Below are positions 52,608 through 64,000 of a DNA stretch of 64,000 nucleotides, piece by piece; the first letter of the stretch is position 1; every line of letters starts with the position of its first letter. The stretch covers positions 99,820,001 to 99,884,000 of the forward strand of contig OZ024741.1 of NCBI GenBank assembly GCA_964016885.1, written 5' to 3'. The notes below the pieces were generated by a model, which was not told the DNA's origin, made no database searches, and saw nothing but the letters and a program-made list of their open reading frames with translations. The position numbers and the translations under genes were made by a program. The DNA is from Eledone cirrhosa (lineage: Eukaryota).

Positions 52608-53710
52608 GGGTCCCACGCATCCCTCCTCGCTGACCTCGATACTTGTATCCGAGCAGCAGCCGAGGAGTTATGCAATGTCAAGTTTGACGACATTGGATGG
52701 CAACAGGCCACTTTACCTGTCAGGTATGGCGGCCTGGCCCCTCCGGTCACCGATCTCACTGGCTTTGCCTGCGTATCTTTCGTTGGTAACCTCGTGCCGC
52801 GTCCTCGTCAGCAGGGTTCTTCAACACACAATACAACCCTCTGTGTTCAGAGAACGTGAGGCTGCCTGTGAGACGTGGGACCGACTTAGCCCAGTAGATG
52901 TCCCTCCTCCTTCTCCCCCTGCTGATGTCAAGTCCCCCCAAAACACTTGGGATGCCATCCAGTGCAGCCTGGCCTCAGACAGGCTCACGCGCCAGCTCGA
53001 CCAGCACCACACTGCCTGTTTTCGTGCGGCCTCCAAACCCCACAGTGATGCCTGTGTCCATGCCCTGCCCTCCTTCTCCACTTGCACGTAGCTAGACAAT
53101 AATAGCCTGCGAATCGGCGTTTCCTTGAGGCTCGGTCTCCGTATCTGCGAGCCACACAAATGTCGCTGCGGATCCACCGTGGACTCTTTCGGACATCACC
53201 CGCTTTCCTGTCGCCACAGTGCCGGCCGGCTTCCAAGCCATGCTGCTCTCAACGAGATCATAAAGCATGGCTTGGACGCTGCAGGCTTCCCTTCTCAGCT
53301 CGAGCCGGTGGGGCTGGACCGAGGGGCGGCAAAAGGCCAGATGGCATGACCATCTTCCCGTTGCACGGTGGCAAACCCCTCGTCTGGGATTCCACTTGCA
53401 CTGACATTTTCTGCAGCTGCAACCTGGTGTAGTCTGTGACTAACCCAGGATCTGCTGCACGTCGAGCTGAGGAGGACAAAGTCCTCAAATACCGGTGGCT
53501 CTCCAACAGATTTGCGGTTGTACCCTTGGCAGTGGAGACTTCTGGTGACCTGGGCTCCAGGGCCACCTCCCTACCCACCACCATATGCGCTGAACTGGCC
53601 AGCCGCAAGTGTGAGCCCCGCGAGTTGGAGTGGCTTTTCCAGAGCGTCCCCCTTGCCGTCCTCCTGGACAACGCGTTCTCCATTCTGCCCGCCGGGGCTG
53701 TGTGTGTGTG
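52608..53710 (+). mobile_element. CRE-clade non-LTR 3' fragment (RT thumb, zinc knuckle, RLE)
   Basis: WQQATLPVRYGGL, LRLG..CRCG..HPLSC, KRPDGMT, LVWDSTC, VPLAVETSG; ends in (TG)n. Confidence 0.85.
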
Positions 53711-54946
53711 CCACGTATTATTCCACTGAATCAAGTTTTTAAAGTTAACCAATATATCTATCTTTGGACAAGTTATTGAGTATATAGTACTTGGTAGCTG
53801 TCAGTAAGAGATACATTTCTGAGACAGGAAACTACACCAAACGAATTCTACTGTTGTAAAGAATTTGCCAGATATATCTAAACACAACCAATTTTTCTCA
53901 CTTTGTTTTAATGTATTAAAGCAACGAGAACCATACTTTTTCCATGAGCATTCCAGTATTCCGTGATTGTTCTAACCTGTTAATGTTAAATCTATTTCTG
54001 AGTTAACGTTTTTGTTACCTTATTTCTGAAGCCATATTCGACAACACAAAAGACAATTCATTTTGCAGAAGCAGACTCTAGAAAGTCGTAAAAGCGAAAG
54101 TTAAGCTAATGTATTATATTCTGTATAAAAAGAAACAATCATTAGTCTACTACGTCTGGTATTTAACTGGAAATTCATCAATGTATGAATGGCCCAAAAT
54201 GGATTCAGAGTTAAAGAGTAAAAGACACATTCTAAGAAATGCAAGCAACATAAATTATCTGTTCACAGCAGAATGATGCCTAATCCTCCAAACCTTACGT
54301 GAAAACCGCCATTTAAACACTATATGCTAAATATTCGGGAAAGACAAATATTTCGAGACATACCATTCACAGAACAAGTAGGTACCACCTTCAGCAGATT
54401 ACCCTTAGTATATAAATTATGACAATAAAAACATAATACTGACCATAGATATTCATAGATAAAAATTATGATAAATTTGTACAACTAGTTTAGTGTGAGG
54501 TGTAAAACTCAACATTTCAAACATTTGTCCTTTTGGTTGATAAAAACATTATTCAAGTAATAGAATCAATAAATTTAACCATAGCAGAATTTGAACTCAA
54601 TTTCTAAAAGAACAAATTCAAATAGTTTTAGCATAATGCTGGGCGTGCTCTTTCAATACCTGCTTGCACAGCTCTTTGATATAAGAACTAATAGAGGGTT
54701 CAATAATTCCACAACCGAATATATCACAACAGTACCTTTAATGTTAGAGTAGTACACTTGAACTAAGATATTGACATTTGATTTCTCGATTGTCTTCTGT
54801 GAAACACCTCGGGAGAATTTACTTTCAATAAATATGCTTATATACAGACACACAGACAGACAATAAGGCAGACTGGCAAACACACATATGCAGTTGTTAT
54901 TGCTGGTGTTCTCTTGTGGCTAAATATATATATATATATATATATA

Positions 54947-55100
54947 TAGTTTTTGTGTTGTTGTGGTAGTTATGGCGGTTTTATTATTGTTGTGTCTATT
55001 TATCTCTTTTGTGTTATATATATATATATATAACACAAAAGAGATAAATAGACACAACAATAATAAAACCGCAACAACTACCACAACAACACAAAAACTA
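54947..55100. repeat. Palindrome centred on (TA)n
   Basis: 54947-55014 is inverted against 55032-55100; related copy at 55425-55495. Confidence 0.85.
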
Positions 55101-55118
55101 TATATATATATATATATA

Positions 55119-55324
55119 TAGTTATGTAATAAACAACATAAGGCAATTATTCCATTTACCAGTGGTTTCTTAAAAGCAAAAGATTTTGCTTTCAATACTC
55201 AGAATGAAAAAATCCTGGTCTGTTTATAGAATTTGGATTTTAAAAACAGGTTTTTAAAATCCAAATTCAATAAACCGACCACTGGTAAATGGAATAATTG
55301 CCTTATGTTGTTTATTACATAACT
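55119..55324. repeat. Fold-back with an asymmetric bulge
   Basis: 55119-55167 and 55217-55247 pair with 55250-55324. Confidence 0.8.
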
Positions 55325-55384
55325 ATTAAGCTCTGTTACCTACATAGAGCACTCTTTTTTCCTGGACTTTTCCGACGGAATTAC

Positions 55385-55431
<47 letters not shown>

Positions 55432-55577
55432 TTTATGTAGTTGTGATAGTTGTTGCGGTTTTATTATTGTTGTGTGTATTTATGTCTTTTGTGTTTTTGT
55501 GTATATTATTGATGGCTTTGTTTCGCTCCTTCTGCAGTGATTGAACTGACCTAAATTTTAAAAAAATACCACATATT

Positions 55578-55750
55578 TCTTCTTCTTCTTCTTCTTCTTC
55601 TTCTTCTTCTTCTTCTTCTTCTTCTTCTTCTTCTTCTTCTTCTTCTTCTTCTTCTTCTTCTTCTTCTTCTTCTTCTTCTTCTTCTTCTTCTTCTTCTTCT
55701 TCTTCTTCTTCTTCTTCTTCTTCTTCTTCTTCTTCTTCTTCTTCTTCTTC
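55578..55750. repeat. (CTT)n microsatellite
   Basis: Direct reading. Confidence 0.97.
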
Positions 55751-57566
55751 CTGGGAGGGAAATGCTACCCTTTAATATAGGTTTATCATTATTTTGTTGG
55801 CGGTAGAGTAGGGTGTGTGTTATTTGTGCAGCAGATCGAACTATATCTTTGAAGCTTTCCCATTGGCTTATTTTAATATTGTTAGTGCTGTTTTCCTATA
55901 GACTCTGCTTTGTTTATTAAAATTACCAGTTATTTGTTTTAGAATTTAAAGAAAATACTAGTTTATTAATCAATGTAAAGTACTGTTACATATTGAGCAG
56001 TACCTAAGAAAAGAAAAACTATTAAAGGGAACAGAAAAGAAAAGGATATAACAATGAAATAAAGGGAGAGGTGTGGGACAGTCACCACCATCTAGGTTGA
56101 GCCGTGCCTCAGCCGCGCTCCACCAAAAAAACGGCAAACGCATTACCGCGAACGACCAAAGACACACACTGCAAAATTCAACCTACACCACGGAGCTCCC
56201 TCCTCAAACGGGATGCCGTCTTTCTGGGGGAAATCAGCAATACACACACCTACACACACATAAAAAACACACACACACATACACACAGACACATACACAC
56301 ACAAACATACACACACACATATATATATATTATATATATATATATATATGAATAAAAAGTAACCATGATTAAATTTGATTAAATCATTTAATTGATTGAC
56401 AAACGTTTCGATTAACATAACAGAAATATTCATTCCTCATATATTAATCTCATCAGAATCTATGAAAGAACATTTATATTTACCAACGTATGTCCAGAAG
56501 ACATGTACAAAAAAAAATTATTTTGTTATTTAATTTTTATTCATTTATATACCTGCTCTGTAATATTGTAAAACTACTGTGATTGGACTAACTTCTGAAC
56601 TGTCTTACTGTTGAATATAAAATCATATTTCAGCTCAGAAATGTTCTTTGCTTTTATTTGGTTGCATTATCAACTCATCTAAACTCTTATATAAATATAT
56701 GATCAAATATATATATAAGTGTATCAATGACGACGGACCAAACACCGATCTTTAGAATTTGATTCATGTCATGTAACGCCAACTTATACATTTTCTAATT
56801 TTATATCGCTTTCTAATGATTTTGATATTACACATTCTACTGAATACTATATTCACTTGATTTTGATTGAGTAGTATTTGTAATATTTGTAATGTTATTC
56901 AACTGTACTGTGAGAAAACCGTTAGTGTTATAGTTTAATATATTTGATTGCCTGTATATGAATATGAATGAAGTTATAATACTGTCCTCTCAGATTGTCA
57001 TAAGTTGTATGGATTAGTAATTGAATCGACAACAATACATGTTAATATATTTTATAAAAAATAGATCACGACAGATTTGATACTCTAATTACAGATAGAT
57101 CGAAGTATTTGGTTTCCCACATCATTTCATCTATCAAACCCCCCCTTGAGAGCTGTAACAGTGATTTCTAGCCGGATATTATAACGCAGCCAAAACAGTG
57201 TTAAGGCACAAGTAATTTATTCACGAAGCTAACTGCCAAAAATTCGTTACATATGCAAACTGGTCTATCCATTTTATTTAAGCTCTAATTAATAGTGAGT
57301 TTATAATCAATGCCCGTGGATATATTGTTTATAAAGTCAACAGGTTCAAACGAATTTATATATTCAGTATTGGCTAAAATGTGTAGATATACTAAGGACC
57401 AGTGAAGCAAAACACTGTTAACGCAGGAATAATATTAAACTTCTCGCTGTGAAATAGAATAAAATACATCAAGATTAGGATTTGAATTTTTACTAAAACT
57501 CAGTACCATATGGGGTGTTAAATTCTCGCTTCTAATTCATTGTCATAGCGACACTACATAGAAGTG

Positions 57567-57639
57567 ATCAAAATCATGTTACCTACGCTGGGATATAACA
57601 TTGTGTGTTATATCCTAGCGTAGGTAACATGATTTTGAT
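57567..57639. repeat. 34-bp-arm hairpin
   Basis: ATCAAAATCATG..ATAACA-TTGTG-TGTTAT..CATGATTTTGAT. Confidence 0.85.
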
Positions 57640-58419
57640 TTGGTGGCATGTTGATTATAATAAACCAAAATACTATAGTATGTTAGTTTATTACACTGGT
57701 ATATATTTTATCAACAGGGAAAGAATCAAAAGCAGGCGCAAACCCCAAATTATATCCAGATCAAACAGCTCCGCCTCTGGAAATGTTCCTCCTTTCCTTA
57801 ACATTATCGAGGCTCGGAAATAGGGACATGAACATTGCACTTCCTCCCTCAACTAAGCCAAAAGTAAATAAAATCTCTACCGCCGATATTAAAAAGAAAA
57901 ATATTTCATATGTATTAGTTTCTATTGGTTTAAAGTTGATACTCTATCCGTTAGTAAGCCACAGTACATCACTGGAATGTAGTGGTTACTTAATTGCAAA
58001 CCATCCATGATCAAGCAGATATATGGTCAAAGCCATTCCAGTATAAATATCCGTCTTAAAACTCAGAATTTGAAATGAATGAAATATTTCTAAATGTTAA
58101 TATTTCAAATTAATATGAATTATTCAAAACTTGAAATCTACAATATAACGACGTTTATGTATTTATATTTTATCTATTCCGGTGACTTACAAAAAAAAGA
58201 AAAACATAATTAAAGCAGAGGGAATATTAACCAGAATTTGTTAAGCGTTTGGGTGATTGTGTTCACGTTTTAGTTTTTGCTAGAGCACTGATTGTTGTAT
58301 TTAGTTATATGGCTCATGCATAAAAAATACAGCATACAAGTCTATTTCAGCGAATATATCATACCTACAACATAATGACATGTATGTTAAAAAAACCCAA
58401 AACAATTAGGGGTATTGGA

Positions 58420-58640
58420 AATAATGGTTTCTTATATAGGCAGAAGGCCAGCAATTTTGGAAGGAGGGGAAAGTCGATTAAATCGACCCAGTGCATTACT
58501 GGTACTTTATTTTATCAACCTCGTAAGGATGAAAGACAAAGCTGACTTCGGCGGGTTTGAACTCAAAACGTAAAGCGCCGTAACTCTATGCTGCAAAGCA
58601 TGATGTCCGACGCTCTACCAATTCTGCCAATCCACCGCCC
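58420..58640 (-). mobile_element. tRNA/Nin SINE
   Basis: Same family. Confidence 0.85.
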
Positions 58641-58859
58641 AATAATGGAGATTGATTAGTAATAGCAGCTTTGTTTTAGTAATATGATGCATTTCATTCC
58701 AGATATTACTTACGAACATTCCTCATAATCTTAATTTCGAAGCCTTTCTTGAGTGTATAACATGAGGAACTAAGCCTAAGTTTTGCACCGCTGCTTCATA
58801 AATTCACTACCGTCGAGTACAATCTGTAGTTGTATAGGCCATGTTACATGTATATGCAT

Positions 58860-59159
<300 letters not shown>

Positions 59160-59919
59160 CTTTATGAAGGAGCTTTGAAATTAAGATTATGAGGAATGTT
59201 CGTAAGTAACAGATGCATTGTTCTGGAATTATATATATATATATATATATATATATTTTTATATATAAGGGATAACAAAATATCGTTATAGGTAATCCAG
59301 TTACAGGTTGTGAATACTTCTTATTATGGATAGTTTTAGCATATGGCGTTGTTTGACACAAGATGTTTACGGAGATGACGAGTTTATGATTTCACTTGTA
59401 TTCCTATGTAAGTTAATCTTGGAGTAATACAATTGAAAAAGTAGAGGAACAATAGTTAGACACGAAATAAATCCCCCGGCTCTGTCTTCCTCCACGCACG
59501 CTCCGGCACCACACTTCGTAGCGCATCCTTTTGCGGTTGTGCGGCTATATCCTCGTAACAGATGCTTAGTTATTCCTCTTACGGCACCACCCACAAACTG
59601 AGACAAGGCTAGGATCTTATTCGCCTCAGCATCCCATTCTCTACAAAACCTTAAAACTATTTCTACTTGTACGTGTGTCTGTTTGTGTCTACAGAATTTC
59701 ACATATATAGGTATACCTCCCTGCATTGTTCAGATGTGTTTTTTCATTAATTACTCCTCTCAATCTCCTCTATCTCGCCCCCTCCTCTATTTTTGATGGT
59801 TTCTGATAAAAGACTAGCATCCAAAACATTAAGAATATTTTCCTATTATATCAAGCGTGAAACTAATATCTAGCTTAATTACATTGTATCTTTTTCTCTG
59901 CTGTTTTCCATATACATTT

Positions 59920-59986
<67 letters not shown>

Positions 59987-60113
59987 AGATAAATCTACCA
60001 AAATGTACTGTAGTGATCAATCCGTATGAAGAACGTGATCCAAATATCATGAAAAGTTGATGCATTCACCAATTTTCGATAAAAATCATAGGAAAACAGC
60101 GTCAAGATAAATT

Positions 60114-60447
60114 AATAAAAACAAAGAACAAGTTCCTTATATTAAAACATTCATCATTTTACGATCGTTTCTGGGATGTATATGTGTGTTGGTATGTATA
60201 TCATATAGATGTATGTAAAAATATTACAAATTATCAGAGGAAATATACATACCTTCACATATACATGCCGTCCTCAGAAATTTCTGAGGACGGTATGTAT
60301 ATGTGAAGGTATGTGTATTTCCTCTGATAATTTGTAATATTTTTACATACATCTATATGATATACATACCAACACACATATACATCCCAGAAACGATCGT
60401 AAAATGATGAATTTTTTAATATAAGGAACTTGTTCTTTGTTTTTATT
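60114..60447. repeat. ~165-bp-arm palindrome with an HHR 3' half
   Basis: Centre 60280/60281; GAAACGATCGTA at 60390. Confidence 0.85.
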
Positions 60448-61705
60448 TCATTGTTTTTATTAATTTAGATATATATATATATGAATATACACAGGCAAAG
60501 AGGTACACATACCTTGCTAGCTAGTTAGCTGACTTCATGTATTGATGATTTTGTATATTTGTAGTCAATTGGAAACAGGTTAGATCAAGTTATTTGCAGT
60601 TTAATGGAGATAAGATATGCATTATTTGTCAGCTTATATGATGAATGGTTGGCAACATATTAAGTACTGCTTCAGTTAAATAAATATTCTGGCGCTCTTT
60701 AATCTTACTATGCTTAGGCTTTCATCTATTCCCCGTTTTATTTATATGTCAAGCACTCTTCTGGTGCATAAGAAAACAGGGCTATAACAGCTCACCTTTC
60801 AAATATCTTCTAAATGTTATTAACATCAACCAGTGATGATAGAAGATTAATAGAATGGCTAGAGCATCGGAAAAAAAATATATGCATATATACATATATG
60901 TATATGAAGAGACTTTTGGGTTAATGCTAGATTCAAGGAGGAGATTTCATCAGAAAATGTTGTATCAAGATTGCGCTTCTTTACTGTTCAGAGTTTGGTG
61001 TTCAACTGAAATATATATATATATTTCAAATCACTAAATTAAATCATTCTTTGATTCATGTAACTTTCAATGTAGCTTGTCCAAATGAGTGGGAACACTG
61101 AACGCTTATTTTGAGTACTTGAGTGATAAATCTCTCAAATAATTCCTTCGGTTTCTTTTTCCTCGCTAGATTTAAATAACGCAAATCTCAAGAGGCCGTT
61201 GATTTCCACTTCACATAATTTTCCCTGCACATGAAAAAAATAATTGATATTGGCAACAAATAAGTATGCTTCGAAATGTTTAAGTTGATTTGTTTTAAAT
61301 ATTAAATAATAAATGAATCATGTTACATATATTATTTTGCAAATTCCGGTTTGCTGTTTTGAGGCAGTTTACATTTCAGATAGCTTCCTGCAATATGTTT
61401 AGGCTATTGCAATCATCAATGCATAATTCTATATTTCCATTGACAAATATATTTCTATTTGAAACTGAAAGTCGCCAGATCTTCTTAACTTTTTCTCATA
61501 TATAATATCTTAAGTCTTCACCTTTGAATATATATATATATATATATATAATATTAAGGATACTATTCATGGTTATGCATGAACTAAATCTGTTTATAGT
61601 TATATATATTTTAAACCCTAAACAGTGAGGGTCAGTAATTTATTACTACCAGTAACATAAATAGCTCAATGTAATAACATCAGTTGTTCTACAGAGCAGT
61701 TATAT

Positions 61706-63981
61706 AGAATTCACAAGAATCAAAGCTATGTTCAAAGCATTTATTCACTTACAATTGTTTCATCCAAACCTAGGCTGGGAGTCTTCGGACCATTTTTCAA
61801 TGTTTGTACACATAATTGACCTCCTTTCCAACGCAAGAGACATACAGATACATATGTATATATTGATGTACCGTGGTGTGACATATATTATATTATATTA
61901 TTTCTGTATAGCAATTCAAATTCAAAATCAAAATCAAAATTAAAATTAAAACAAAATTAAAACAAAATTAAAATACATTCGGCAGTTAACATAGATAATG
62001 CAAGAGGATAGTTTGTTAGTCAGATGTAGTAGTTATTGTATGCGTTAGTTACACGTGGGGCATGCACGTGTGTCTCATTTATATATGATTATTGTGTGGC
62101 AGGGTGTTACATGTAATATAAGCACTTTAAGCGGGTAAGTAAGAGTATTATGGAGGTTGTAGTGGTAAGGTATATTTTGTATATAATAAAAAAGTAAGTG
62201 TGCAGAAAAATAAAAATAAAAAGGAGAAGCAAAAGAAAGTTATGGTTTTCGGATCCACCACCATTTTCACATTCAGGAAATGTAATATTATAGTTTATAC
62301 ATCCATCACATAATTAACAATGATTCCGTATTGGATGTTTGATGCATTAAATTAAATTATTTTAGCTTATTGCGGCTCAGTGTTCTTTAATTCAATTTTA
62401 TAGAGTAGGTTGTTTCTGCTGCGAGAATTTACATCGGTTTATTATCCGGAAGTATGTGTGTAATTAAGGGGAGTTAATGCGTAAGGGGATGTAACTAGCT
62501 GATTTCCATAACTAAATTTATTGTTCTAACATACATTATAAGGTGTCTGAATTGAGTCCCTTATATAGACGGTTATATATTTATATTCAGTTTCCAATTT
62601 TAAATACAGTCTACTCCATCATGATGTACTAAAGGTATTTATACTAGGATGATTACTCCCTATCATAGAGTACTACAACTGAATATTCCATACAAAGAGC
62701 CATATCTTTATATCAAAGTTCTTTGCAAATGTATTCTACTCACAGAACATGTCAGGGGACCTATTAGAACTATGTCTACATAACCCCTGGTAAGTTCTGG
62801 AGCAGCGTATGGCTGTTTGCATGGCAAAACCAAATACATCTCTAGGGCAGACAAAAACATCCCTCATTTACAATGTCATTAATCTATCCATCAAGTTATA
62901 CTTGTATATATAACTCACATACCATATACCATTGTATCACTATATAATTATAAGTAATTGAAAGTAATTATACTAAAAGTAGGTGTCCATGGGGATATTT
63001 CTAGGGTATAAAGTTATAGATAGATGGAATGATTTGTGTTGAGATAGGGTGGATCAGAGAGTGTGGAGTTGTGGTGTAAGGTGTGCCCTTGGGGTGTAGT
63101 GTTAGAAGTGGTGATGGGTTCAAGTCTGACATTGTTATATATTGGGTTTAAAGTTTTGGAAGGAGTGCCGGAATCGGTGCTGGCACGACGCAAACACTCC
63201 GATTTTTTTTATTAAGGAGGTTATGGTTTGAGAAGATTATAGTATGGGTCACTAGTAGACAGAGGTTACAGAATTTATTAGGTGGTTTGTACGATGCCGC
63301 CTTACCTATCACTTCCCATTTAAATGTATAATATCTATTTTTAGTTTTTAGATAGTGTATGTAGCTAGATAGTGAAGTGGAGTTGGCTAGACTGTGTTTT
63401 TTAAAGAATAGAGGTGTGAATTGTATCTGGTTTTGAAGCAGTTCGACATAGAGCCTATATAGGTTTCAGAAGAGTTGGTAGTTTATTTTTATTTTTCTAC
63501 ACACATACTTTTTTTTATTATATACAAAAAATACCTTACCACTACAAGCTCCATAATACTCTTACTTACCCGCTTAAAGGGCTTGTATTAAATGCAACAC
63601 CCTGCCACACAATAATCATATATAAATGAGACACACATGCATGCTCCACATGTAACTAACGTATACAATAACTACTACATCTATTTGCATTATCTATGCT
63701 AACTGCCGAATGTATTTTAATTTTGTTTTAATTTTGTTTTAATTTTAATTTTGATTTTGATTTTAAATTTGAATTGCTATACAGAAATAATATAATATAA
63801 TATATGTCAGTCCACTGTAAATCAATATATACATATGTATCTGTATGTCTCTTCCGTTGGAAAGGAGGTCAATTATGTGTACAAACATTGAAAAATGATC
63901 CGAAGACTCCCAGCCTAGGTTTGGATGAAACAATTGTAAGTGAATAAATGCTTTGAACATAGCTTTGATTCTTTGGAATTC
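61706..63981. mobile_element. ~500-bp inverted repeats enclosing a probably decayed Penelope-like interior
   Basis: 61706-62219 is inverted against 63482-63981; weak minus-strand ASYKPPN..NL.LLV, YIVIQ..CELYI and KGLN remnants; CCGAAGA..GAAACAATTGTA in the arms. Confidence 0.65.
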
Positions 63982-64000
63982 TCTCTCTCTCTCTCTCTCT

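Overview
AT-rich, microsatellite-dense eukaryotic DNA. The tRNA/Nin-domain SINEs and the (TA)n/(CA)n/(TATG)n load suggest a mollusc, probably octopus; this is an inference. No host protein-coding gene can be supported. The window is almost all mobile DNA: one apparently intact R4/Dong-clade non-LTR element (1167-aa RT-RLE ORF) nested with truncated copies and an RTE-derived non-autonomous element in a (TATG)n tract; decayed R4, RTE, Tx1, CRE, Tc1/mariner, hAT-MITE and Helitron pieces; and several Penelope-like (RT/GIY-YIG) remnants. The most striking pattern is more than a dozen fold-back elements, most bounded by (TA)n, carrying hammerhead-ribozyme (HHR) motifs that point outward from the fold-back centre wherever polarity can be read. 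They include non-canonical cores (CAGAAGA, UUGAAAA, CCGAAGA). A separate 260-nt tandem unit holds a tRNA-like domain. One junction falls exactly on a predicted HHR cleavage site and is fused head-to-head to a tRNA-Ile copy. All structures were folded by eye, and boundaries of decayed elements are approximate.
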